Shown here: positions 36,555 through 44,915 of the stretch, one piece after another | Position numbering within the stretch: position 1 is the stretch's first letter | Layout: each line of letters opens with the position of its first letter | Assembly: GCA_035444565.1 (NCBI GenBank) | Contig: DAOMOX010000001.1 | Span: forward strand, 1-57,986 | Source: Candidatus Dojkabacteria bacterium | GTDB taxonomy: Bacteria; Patescibacteriota; Dojkabacteria; B142; OLB20 | Length of the DNA: 57,986 bases | Reading direction: 5' to 3' | The notes under the pieces: model-generated | What the model saw: only the letters and a program-made list of their open reading frames with translations | Databases searched by the model: none | Told to the model about the DNA's origin: nothing | Position numbers and translations under genes: made by a program

Positions 36555-37064
36555 ATGAATACAGATTTGCTTACAAAAGTTGAAAAGAACTTTGTTCGAA
36601 GAGTTCCTGAAATTGCAGTTGGAGATCAGGTCGAAGTACATACATTAGTTCGAGAGAAAAACAGACAAAGAATACAGGTATTCAAAGGCCTTATAATCGC
36701 TATCAAAGGGTCAGGATTGAGAAAGATGTTCACAGTCAGAAAAATCAGCTCAGGAATTGGCGTAGAAAAAATCTGGCCTTTACACAGCCCAAACATTAAA
36801 AAGATTGTTATTACTAAAAAAGGAAATACAAAGAGATCAAAACTTTACTACTTAAGAGACAGAATCGGTAAAAAAGCTCTTAAAGTTAGAACTTCAGAAG
36901 GTCTACAACTTGAAGATTTTTACGCTGTAGCCGAAGAGGACTCCGCTCCAGAAGAAGTAGTTGAAGATGAAGTGGTAGAGGAAGAAGTCTCAGTAGAAGA
37001 AGTACAAGAGGAAAAAACAACAGAACCAAAAGATGAAGAAACTGCCGCAAAGGACAGCAAGTAA
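36555..37064 (+). CDS. rplS: 50S ribosomal protein L19 with an acidic C-terminal extension
   Basis: L19 core (PEIAVGDQVEVH..RIQVFKG..FTVRKIS.GIGVE..SP.I..I) followed by about 50 Glu/Val-rich residues. ATG 36555 is preferred over TTG 36549. Confidence 0.9.
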   Translation: MNTDLLTKVEKNFVRRVPEIAVGDQVEVHTLVREKNRQRIQVFKGLIIAIKGSGLRKMFTVRKISSGIGVEKIWPLHSPNIKKIVITKKGNTKRSKLYYLRDRIGKKALKVRTSEGLQLEDFYAVAEEDSAPEEVVEDEVVEEEVSVEEVQEEKTTEPKDEETAAKDSK

Positions 37065-37674
37065 CCATCTCGAACTAGAATTACTTTCCAAAGGATTTAA
37101 AAATATAATCGGTATTGATGAAGTTGGTCGTGGTGCTTTTGCTGGACCAGTTGTAGTAGGAGCTTACATCTATACCCAAAATTCTAAAATTATCCCCGGA
37201 GTTACAGACTCAAAAAAAGTCACCAAAAAAAACCGAGAATTAATATCAGGATTAATTCAAAGTGGCGATAGTATTATCAAAATTGGCGAAGTTGACCAGA
37301 TTAACAAAGTAGGTATTGGGAAAACCGTGGAATCATTAATACATAAGATTCTAGAAGTATATTCCTCCCAAGATACTTACTTTCTAATTGATGGATACTT
37401 CCCAACTCTAAAACAAAAGAACTCACTACAAGTACTCAAGGGAGACTCACTCCACTACTCTATCAGCTGTGCTTCAATCGTTGCCAAAGTATATAGAGAT
37501 AACTTGATGCATGATTTCGACTCTAAATATCCTGATTATAACTTTGTAAAAAATGTAGGATATGGTACCGCGACACATATCGATGCGATAAAAAAATATG
37601 GTATAACTCCATTGCATAGATTGAGTTTTAAGCCTATCGGTGACATCGCAAACAATAAAAGGAAAATCTCATAA
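37033..37674 (+). CDS. rnhB: Ribonuclease HII
   Basis: GIDEVGRGAFAGPVV, DSKK, ASIVAKVYRD motifs. The start overlaps the rplS tail by 32 nt. Confidence 0.9.
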   Translation: MKKLPQRTASNHLELELLSKGFKNIIGIDEVGRGAFAGPVVVGAYIYTQNSKIIPGVTDSKKVTKKNRELISGLIQSGDSIIKIGEVDQINKVGIGKTVESLIHKILEVYSSQDTYFLIDGYFPTLKQKNSLQVLKGDSLHYSISCASIVAKVYRDNLMHDFDSKYPDYNFVKNVGYGTATHIDAIKKYGITPLHRLSFKPIGDIANNKRKIS

Positions 37675-38026
37675 TAAACAAGTTGGGTATGCTGGCGAAG
37701 AATTCGTTTCAAAGTTTCTACAGAAAAAAGGATTTGAAATCGTTGATAGAAATTTTGTTATTCAAGGTGGTGAAATCGATTTGGTGTGCATGGATGGCAA
37801 TCAAATTGTATTTGTTGAAGTCAAAAGTCTTTCGTCAAATTCTGAAATTATGCTTGAGCAGACCATCACCAAAAAGAAAACAAAAAGTCTAATAAAAACA
37901 TGTCGTGTATGGCTGAGTAGAAAGGGTTTAGAAAATAGTGAATGGAGGATTGATTTTGTTGGCGTTATATTTGAAAGATATGATAAAATCATAGCGGTAA
38001 AGCATATTAAAGGTGCTATTTTTTAG
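37640..38026 (+). CDS. yraN: YraN-family (UPF0102) endonuclease
   Basis: GYAGEEFVSKFLQKKGFEIVDRNF..GGEIDLV...VFVEVK pattern. GTG start is uncertain. Confidence 0.8.
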   Translation: MTSQTIKGKSHNKQVGYAGEEFVSKFLQKKGFEIVDRNFVIQGGEIDLVCMDGNQIVFVEVKSLSSNSEIMLEQTITKKKTKSLIKTCRVWLSRKGLENSEWRIDFVGVIFERYDKIIAVKHIKGAIF

Positions 38027-38110
38027 TTCTTTTAAATTAGTAACATAGAGGTCTCCGATAATTGCTAGGCAATTTCGAGGACGTAAGAAAATTTGGTCTT
38101 TTCTAAATCG

Positions 38111-38289
38111 AAAGGCCCCGTTTCTCACTACGTTCGAACGGGAATAACGCTCTTTTATGTAAATTAAACGTAGGTCCCGTATAAATTCCTGCGGAATTTT
38201 ACGGGACATCAGAAAATCTGACTTCAAATTAGTTGACCTTTTACATTTTTATTAGAAAAGGCCCCGTTTCTCACTCTGTTCGAACGGGG
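38111..38289. repeat. tRNA-Lys leader cluster: two copies of aaaggccccgtttctcactNNgttcgaacggg flanking a 34-nt near-perfect hairpin
   Basis: Copies at 38111-38142 and 38258-38289 (stem ccccgtt/aacgggg, containing the palindrome cgttcgaacg). Central hairpin gtcccgta-t-aaattcc-tgc-ggaattt-tacgggac at 38174-38207. A further hairpin aaaaagtctggcttt-aacgaagtg-aaagcctagacttttt lies at 38295-38333. Confidence 0.7.
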
Positions 38290-38337
38290 CATCAAAAAGT
38301 CTGGCTTTAACGAAGTGAAAGCCTAGACTTTTTAGAT

Positions 38338-38409
38338 GGGTTGGTAGCTCAATGGTAGAGCAATGGCCTTTTAAGCCAGTGGTTGCGGGTTCGAGTCCCG
38401 CCCGACTCA
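38338..38409 (+). tRNA. tRNA-Lys (anticodon UUU), CCA not encoded
   Basis: gggttgg-ta-gctc-aatggta-gagc-a-atggc-cttttaa-gccag-tggtt-gcggg-ttcgagt-cccgc-ccgactc-a. 72 nt. Two G-U pairs in the acceptor stem. Confidence 0.9.
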
Positions 38410-38648
38410 TATTTTGCCTTTGAGCAAAGCGAAAAGTTGCAAAATAAAGTCTGCCGAAATTTTAATGTAGGCATGACTCATATGATTTATCTCTGATATT
38501 GTTACAGAGGCGGGACGAGAAGTTTATCCCGTAAATCGAAAGAAGTGAGATTGTACGGGAAGTCGCGCCCGACTCATATTTTGCCTTTGAGTGAAGCGGA
38601 AAGTTGCAAAATAAAGTCTGCCGAAATGTAATGAAGGCATGACTCATA
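38400..38648 (+). repeat. Duplicated 82-83-nt block starting inside the tRNA-Lys 3' end; four copies of gactcata bracket hairpin cassettes and a tRNA-like remnant
   Basis: Block 38400-38482 versus block 38567-38648. They share gcccgactcatattttgcctttgag, ttgcaaaataaagtctgccgaaat and ggcatgactcata. gactcata occurs at 38404, 38475, 38571 and 38641. The segment 38491-38566 carries an anticodon-arm-like hairpin ctctg-atattgtta-cagag, then gcggg, then hairpin cccgta-20 nt-tacggg, then gcgcccgactca. Confidence 0.75.
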
Positions 38649-38791
38649 TTTTATAGAAAATGATATTTCCCCCAAAAGTATGTATACAAGATAATTCTCA
38701 GTTTATTTACTTTTAACTTCCCCGTAGTATAATCCATTAATATAAGGGCTACTTATCCTGGGCTACATATTTATTCTTTTATATTCATAAA

Positions 38792-39190
38792 ATGGATGAA
38801 CTATTGGTAAGCAAAGAAACGCAGAACAGTCTAAGGATATATGTATTTGAAGATGATCCTGGAGTTATTAGCGATTTAAGATTTAATGTTGAAAATTTCT
38901 GGGGTCATAAAATAGTAGGTGTCGCATCTACAATAGAAAAGGCAAAATTTGTTATTCCTTCACTTGGTAACTTGGGAGTACAAGCTGCTATTATTGATGC
39001 GAATTTAAGTGGACTTAAACACACAGGACATGGAACACAAATTTGTAAATTAATCAAAGAACAGCATCCAAACATTAATTTGGTTGGCTATGGGGCGGAA
39101 GCATTTTCAGGAGCAGATTACTGGGTAGGCAAGGCATCTGGTCCTAAGGTGTTGGAAGATACACTTTCAAAAATCTCAAGTAGTATTTAG
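38792..39190 (+). CDS. Stand-alone response-regulator receiver (CheY-like) domain protein
   Basis: IYVFEDD (acidic pair), AAIIDANL (phospho-Asp position), VGKAS (Lys). No output domain and no kinase nearby. Confidence 0.55.
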   Translation: MDELLVSKETQNSLRIYVFEDDPGVISDLRFNVENFWGHKIVGVASTIEKAKFVIPSLGNLGVQAAIIDANLSGLKHTGHGTQICKLIKEQHPNINLVGYGAEAFSGADYWVGKASGPKVLEDTLSKISSSI

Positions 39191-39240
39191 CATCATTGTA
39201 TTATATTCTGTTATAATCTCTAGAAATTGAAATTATATTA

Positions 39241-39720
39241 ATGAAAAGAATCACAATAACCCCAGAAAAATTAATTTTCATATTTGTGTGGATTGCCGTT
39301 ATTGGCTCACTCTACATTGGTTTCTTTGGGGATCCTGTAGCGAATCTAAAATCAATGGACCTATTCAACTCCGACAACTCAATTCCACCCTGTGATTTAT
39401 GTTGGTATCAGAGAATGGGGATTTATCCAATTGCAATTATCTCGACAATAGGACTATGGTTGAAGGAAAAACGAATAGCTTATTATATACTTCCCTTTTC
39501 AATCTTAACTATCCTCGTAGCAGCTTACCACGTCTACATTCAAGAAACTGGATTAGGAGTTGTACCTTGCGGGGTTGGTCGTCCTTGCGATGTTAAAGAG
39601 TTTGAATATCTAGGATTTATCACAATCCCGGTGATGTCCCTATTAACAACTTTGGCAATTACATCACTCTCTCTTATTTCACTCAAAGTTCATAGAGGAA
39701 AATCCAATAAGACTATTTAA
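39241..39720 (+). CDS. dsbB: Disulfide bond formation protein B (BdbC-type)
   Basis: Four TM segments, PCDLCWYQRMGIYP active-site motif, and a second Cys pair VPCGVGRPC. Confidence 0.85.
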   Translation: MKRITITPEKLIFIFVWIAVIGSLYIGFFGDPVANLKSMDLFNSDNSIPPCDLCWYQRMGIYPIAIISTIGLWLKEKRIAYYILPFSILTILVAAYHVYIQETGLGVVPCGVGRPCDVKEFEYLGFITIPVMSLLTTLAITSLSLISLKVHRGKSNKTI

Positions 39721-40840
39721 AATTCATACAAAAATCTTCTAGTATCTCGTAGTATTTTTCTAAACTCGAAATCTCCACATATTCATCTACCTCATGAATT
39801 CCATTACCACTCGGACCAAATACAATTGCAGGAATATTATGCAAACTCGCGTATCTTGCGTCAGTTGCATATTCTTTACTATGCAACTCTGATTTATTTC
39901 GTAATTTAACTTGAATTATATTATTGAGTTTTTTAATTTTCTCATTATCTTCGCTGGTTTCTAACGGAGGTGATGTAAAAAGGGTTTCGATTTCAACATC
40001 CTTAAAAATTTCATTTATACTGCTTATTAAATTATTCAATTCTTCATTTGTGGTAAAGCGTATATCAATCCATACTGATGAAACATCAGGAATTTTATTT
40101 ATTGAGTCACCACTTTCTATTTTATTAAAACTATAAGTGCTTTTCCACTCTGAAGATAAGGGTTGTGGATTCTTAGCTACAAAGTCTGAAATGTACTTCG
40201 AGGTTTTGTGTAAAGAATTCTCACCTAGCCAAGGTGTTGAACTATGTGCACTGGTGCCTTGAATGGTTAACTTACTTCTCCATACGCCTTTGTGTCTATT
40301 AACAATATACAAATCGGTAGGCTCGCCTGTGATGAAAAAATCCGATGTTATACTTTCTTCGTCGAGAAGATATTTCACGCCATCAACACCACCTTGTTCT
40401 TCGTCAGAAGTTAACATAATTCCTACATTTGGAGAGAGCTGATTTGATAAATACAAATTCTTCAATAATAATACAAATACGGCAACAGATCCTTTCATGT
40501 CTAATGTCCCTCTTCCATGTATTCGACCTTCGTTGATGAAGGTATGATATTGCTCTTCATGAGCATGAACGACATCTATATGACCATGAAGTAATAATGA
40601 GAAATTCCAATTCTCTTTTTGTGGATGATAAATCAACATTGAAGGTTTTCCATTTCTATAGAACTTATAAGTTTGTAACCCAATTTCCTGCACAAATAAT
40701 TCAATAAAATTTATCAGTTCTTCTTTTATGATGTCACTTCCACTAGAAACGGTTTTGAATGAAACGAAATCGTGAATTAACTGTACAATTGTGTCTGTAT
40801 TATTTGAATGCATGTTGGGAAATTTTATAAAAATAAACAT
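39713..40840 (-). CDS. M20-family metallopeptidase/deacylase (ArgE/DapE-like)
   Basis: HGHIDVV, GRGTLDMKG, SDEEQGG, GEPT, and C-terminal HEVDEY. The start may be ATG 40813 instead. Confidence 0.85.
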   Translation of the reverse strand: MFIFIKFPNMHSNNTDTIVQLIHDFVSFKTVSSGSDIIKEELINFIELFVQEIGLQTYKFYRNGKPSMLIYHPQKENWNFSLLLHGHIDVVHAHEEQYHTFINEGRIHGRGTLDMKGSVAVFVLLLKNLYLSNQLSPNVGIMLTSDEEQGGVDGVKYLLDEESITSDFFITGEPTDLYIVNRHKGVWRSKLTIQGTSAHSSTPWLGENSLHKTSKYISDFVAKNPQPLSSEWKSTYSFNKIESGDSINKIPDVSSVWIDIRFTTNEELNNLISSINEIFKDVEIETLFTSPPLETSEDNEKIKKLNNIIQVKLRNKSELHSKEYATDARYASLHNIPAIVFGPSGNGIHEVDEYVEISSLEKYYEILEDFCMNFK

Positions 40841-41610
40841 AGTGACTTCAAACCTTGCCCACCCTTCACATATTCATCGACTTTCAATTCGATAATATCT
40901 AGCCCTAAACCTAACAAACTAGTGTGTAATTCATCGGAAATTCCTTTTGGAACGAGGATTTTATCGTTTATTTTGATAAAGCTGGATGCGTATAATTTCG
41001 CATCTTCATCAGATATCGCTATTGGATTAGGAAAATGGTAACAAACCTTAGCATGTTCAATCATGTTAAACGCATCAGGGTAATAAACAACGTTATTATC
41101 ATCAATTGGTCCAAGACACTTATTAAGATGATTGTAGAGGTGATCCGTAATTTTAAAATCAATCAAAGTCGTGTTTAAGAACTTCTCAAGATGATTCTGT
41201 GATTTTACAGCTGTTCTCTTCCCCCATCCGAAATAATAATGATTATTAGTCTTAAATAAATCCGCACCAGAAAAATAATCTCGATCTGGTGTTGTAGTTG
41301 TTTTATAACCCATTCTTTCCAACAACTTCAGTGCATATTTGCTCTCTTTACGTCTTGGAGTTTTTTTGAATTTAGCCACCAAGAAAGTGTCTTTATGTAA
41401 AAACCCCCAATCACCAACATAAACCATGTTTGGTAAATTTGGCTCTTGGTTAATTTCAATAACTTCGAAACCTAGATCTTTCAATACATTTCTCAAACCA
41501 ATATATTCTCCAAACACTTTTGTATTATCAATTTTCAGCCTTTTATCCAATTTAGGATTAACTTGAAAATCAACTTCAAAATTTGTAGGTTTACAGATAA
41601 TTACTTTCAT
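40825..41610 (-). CDS. Amidinotransferase-fold (guanidino-group-modifying enzyme) family protein
   Basis: FSGADL, YNHLNKCL, and C-terminal KGGQGLKSLC (Cys nucleophile position), as in the arginine deiminase/DDAH/CtlX-like superfamily. Confidence 0.55.
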   Translation of the reverse strand: MKVIICKPTNFEVDFQVNPKLDKRLKIDNTKVFGEYIGLRNVLKDLGFEVIEINQEPNLPNMVYVGDWGFLHKDTFLVAKFKKTPRRKESKYALKLLERMGYKTTTTPDRDYFSGADLFKTNNHYYFGWGKRTAVKSQNHLEKFLNTTLIDFKITDHLYNHLNKCLGPIDDNNVVYYPDAFNMIEHAKVCYHFPNPIAISDEDAKLYASSFIKINDKILVPKGISDELHTSLLGLGLDIIELKVDEYVKGGQGLKSLCLFL

Positions 41611-41674
41611 AGTATTTGCTAGGTTACTTCGTCAATTAAAACGAATCAGGTTAGCTCAAAAGTTAAAACGGTAA

Positions 41675-43111
41675 TTAGTTTTTCGAAAGTTTAGACTCAA
41701 TTAGTTTCATCGCTTTCTGTGGGTCTGCTTTACCTTTTGTCATCTTCATCACCTGACCAAGTAGGAATTTTATGATATTTGGATTTTTATTAATATCATC
41801 CAAAACTTTTGAATTATCTCGCAATACCCGGTCTACGATTTCATTAAGTTCACCTTCATCACTAACTAATTTGAGACCACGTTTTTCAACAATTTCCTGA
41901 GGTTTGGCACCTGTCTTGTACATTTCATCAAGAACTTGCTTGGCCAACGTACCAGAAAGCTCTCCATTCCTAATCATTTGAACCAATTCCAATAAATCAT
42001 AGCCACTAAATTTTAAATCTTTGAGTTTAATCTTGTCTACCTTCGCCATTCCCAAGACATCTCGAATAAACCATTTTCCAAAAAGTGCGATTGTCTCGAG
42101 ATCTTTTTCGTTTTTAATAGCATCCTCAAACCATTTCGCACGGTTCTTATTGGAGATAATCGTCTCTGCTGTAGAAGGTTCCAATTTAAATTCTTCTATG
42201 AATCTGTATTTTTTGTCTTGAGGTAATTCTCCGATTTCACTACTTATCTCTTCGAGCCATTTATCGTCAACGATTATTGGTGGAATATCTGGCTCTGGGA
42301 AATATCGATAATCCTCAGCGACTTCTTTTTTTCTCTGGCTATGAGTTTTACCAGACAAATCTCTCAAGCCTCTCGTTTCCTGATCTGGATTTTTACCGTC
42401 ATCTAGAATTTTACTCTGTCTTTCGTATTCATAGTTTATTACTTTCTCAAGAACGGAAATTGATCCGATATTTTTCACTTCAACTTTATATTTTGGTAAA
42501 CCTTTGTCGCCAGCCTTTTTCAAAGACATATTGAGCTCGAAACGCATCTGACCTTTTTCCATATCAGCAGTACTTATATCTAAATACCTCACTATCTGTC
42601 GAAGTCTTTTCGCGAATGTGAGGACTTCTTTAATATCTTGAAAATCAGGTTCAGTGACAAGTTCGACGAGGGGAACACCAGATTTATTAATATCTATAAG
42701 TGTTTCATTTTCATTATGGATGGATTTAGCAGTATCTTCCTCCATATGAATTCTCGTTATTCTAATTCTCTTTGCATCCTTATCCGTGTCAATTTCCAGA
42801 AACCCTTCATAGCAGAAAGGTAAGTCGTACTGAGAGATTTGATAACCTTTCGGTAAGTCAGGATAGAAATAATGTTTTCTGTCGAATTTTGATTGCTTAT
42901 TAATTTTGCAATTCAGTGCTAATCCCAATTTCAAACATTTTTCAATTGCCACTTTATTTGGAACAGGTAATGCACCAGGAAGTCCTAAGCACACCGGACA
43001 AGTAGAAGTATTTGGAGCACTACCAAAATACTTGGCGTTACATCCACAGAACATCTTTGATTTTGTAGATGGTTGGATATGAACCTCCAAACCAATTACA
43101 AGTTGATACAT
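41675..43111 (-). CDS. gatB: Asp/Glu-tRNA amidotransferase subunit B
   Basis: IGLEVHIQ, KMFCGC, CPVCLGLPGALP, HMEEDTAK, and a C-terminal YqeY-like tail. Confidence 0.95.
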   Translation of the reverse strand: MYQLVIGLEVHIQPSTKSKMFCGCNAKYFGSAPNTSTCPVCLGLPGALPVPNKVAIEKCLKLGLALNCKINKQSKFDRKHYFYPDLPKGYQISQYDLPFCYEGFLEIDTDKDAKRIRITRIHMEEDTAKSIHNENETLIDINKSGVPLVELVTEPDFQDIKEVLTFAKRLRQIVRYLDISTADMEKGQMRFELNMSLKKAGDKGLPKYKVEVKNIGSISVLEKVINYEYERQSKILDDGKNPDQETRGLRDLSGKTHSQRKKEVAEDYRYFPEPDIPPIIVDDKWLEEISSEIGELPQDKKYRFIEEFKLEPSTAETIISNKNRAKWFEDAIKNEKDLETIALFGKWFIRDVLGMAKVDKIKLKDLKFSGYDLLELVQMIRNGELSGTLAKQVLDEMYKTGAKPQEIVEKRGLKLVSDEGELNEIVDRVLRDNSKVLDDINKNPNIIKFLLGQVMKMTKGKADPQKAMKLIESKLSKN

Positions 43112-43112
43112 T

Positions 43113-44534
43113 TTAATTATTTAATAACTTTTCAAATAAATACCCTGTTGTTAAAACTGACTTTTCATCAAATTGCTTTCCAATAATCTGAGTTCCAATA
43201 GGTAACCCATCTTTATCAAAACCAGTAGGAATACTGATACATGGTAGACCTGCCAAAGCACTTGGTTCTGTGAGAACATCTGCAAGTTCACCAAAAATTG
43301 GATTATTTTTTGTCACGCCAAGTTTAGGTGCTGTTGTTGGCATAGTTGGAGCCATTATTACGTCCACATTTTCAAATGCTTTATCAAAATCCCGAATTAT
43401 CAAAGTCCTGACCTGCTGAGCTTTTTTGTAATAAGCATCGTAATACCCTGACGAGAGTGTGTATGCTCCAGTCATGCTTCTCTGAATTGCTTCATGACCG
43501 AATCCCTCACCACGGTTGAGCGCTATTTGATCTAGAAGACTTTCGGCATTTTTCTCTGAGAAATAACCATATCGAATGCCATCAATCCTAGCTAGATTCG
43601 ATGAGACTTCGCTTCTCTGAACAACAGTATAAACTGCAATTGAATATTTTGGATCCAGTAAGTCAATCTCAATAATTTCCGCACCTTGTTTCTCAAGTAA
43701 TTTAATACTTTCTAAAACATTTTCAAGCACATCCGGATCAATTCTGTCATCGAAATATTGTTTTGGTAATCCGATTTTTAGATTCTTTTTATAATCTTCA
43801 AGTTCATTCATCAAATCCTGCGGAGGTTCCTGAATAGAAGTGGCATCATATTTATCCTGTCCTGATAATATTTTGTGTAAAATCGCCACATCTTCAACAG
43901 AATTTGTCATAACTCCCGGTCGATCAAGGGATGAACCCATAGCTATAACACCGTATCTACTTATCCTTCCAAAAGTTGGAGCAAAACCAATCAATCCACA
44001 CCAAGATGCCGGACCTCTAACTGAACCAGCAGTCTCTGAGCCAATAGAATATACACTCATATTTAAAGCTACAGCCGTCGCAGAACCTCCGCTAGAACCT
44101 CCTGCTACTCTTGTGTCATCAAATGGATTTAATGTTGTAAAAAAGTCAGAAGACTCGGTACTTGAACCATGTGCAAATGCATCCATATTTGTTTTTCCAA
44201 GGATGCATGCAGAGTTATCTAATAATCGCTGTGTAACTGTTGCGTTATAAGGAGAAATATAATTTTTCAATATGTTCGAGGAAGCGGTTGTTTTGGTACC
44301 TATCCAGTTAAAATTATCTTTTAAAGCTGAAGGAATCCCCCATAATGATTTTTTTTCATCGGATTTTAAAGCATCTCGAGCTTCATCAAATGTTGTACTT
44401 ATAAAAGCATGGTATTTCGAATCGTGAGTTTCTATTGTTTTGATGGTATCTGCCAACAATTCTTCAGGAGTATACTTCTTGTTTACAAAGTCTTTCTGCA
44501 CTTGTTTTATTGTGAGTTTTTTATTTTTAATCAT
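43113..44534 (-). CDS. gatA: Asp/Glu-tRNA amidotransferase subunit A
   Basis: Amidase signature GGSSGGSATAVA..GSETAGSVRGPAS. Confidence 0.95.
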   Translation of the reverse strand: MIKNKKLTIKQVQKDFVNKKYTPEELLADTIKTIETHDSKYHAFISTTFDEARDALKSDEKKSLWGIPSALKDNFNWIGTKTTASSNILKNYISPYNATVTQRLLDNSACILGKTNMDAFAHGSSTESSDFFTTLNPFDDTRVAGGSSGGSATAVALNMSVYSIGSETAGSVRGPASWCGLIGFAPTFGRISRYGVIAMGSSLDRPGVMTNSVEDVAILHKILSGQDKYDATSIQEPPQDLMNELEDYKKNLKIGLPKQYFDDRIDPDVLENVLESIKLLEKQGAEIIEIDLLDPKYSIAVYTVVQRSEVSSNLARIDGIRYGYFSEKNAESLLDQIALNRGEGFGHEAIQRSMTGAYTLSSGYYDAYYKKAQQVRTLIIRDFDKAFENVDVIMAPTMPTTAPKLGVTKNNPIFGELADVLTEPSALAGLPCISIPTGFDKDGLPIGTQIIGKQFDEKSVLTTGYLFEKLLNN

Positions 44535-44820
44535 TAAAGACTTTTCTTACTAGAAAATATCCATTTTTGGTCTGATGTGCATTGCTTAATGCTTCTTCCT
44601 GACTAAATCCTTCCTCAACAATATCATCTCTCATAATACTTTCAGTACCTACAGTTTGTGATGTAATTGGGACATCTTTTGTATCTAGGTCAGAGAATGT
44701 ATTCACTGCATCAATCGCCGTGTTAAGGTTTTCGCTATAAAGTGGAATTTGATCCTCGTCAATGTGAATTTTAATTAAGTCTGCGACGGATTTTGTAGTC
44801 TCGTTATCAATTTTGGTCAT
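44527..44820 (-). CDS. gatC: Asp/Glu-tRNA amidotransferase subunit C
   Basis: 97 aa. Position upstream of gatA with an 8-nt overlap. LAKL-type N-terminus and MRDD motif. Confidence 0.85.
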   Translation of the reverse strand: MTKIDNETTKSVADLIKIHIDEDQIPLYSENLNTAIDAVNTFSDLDTKDVPITSQTVGTESIMRDDIVEEGFSQEEALSNAHQTKNGYFLVRKVFND

Positions 44821-44915
44821 AAAAAATCAGGATAATAATACTCTCTACAACAGAGATTATATATTATATTCATCCAATAATTGAAATTAAACCCCAAAAA
44901 GACAGGAATTTTGGT

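Noticed and set aside
38060-38074. Hairpin aattgc-tag-gcaatt after yraN as an intrinsic terminator
   Set aside because: It has only a 6-bp AT-rich stem and no downstream U-tract. The evidence is insufficient.
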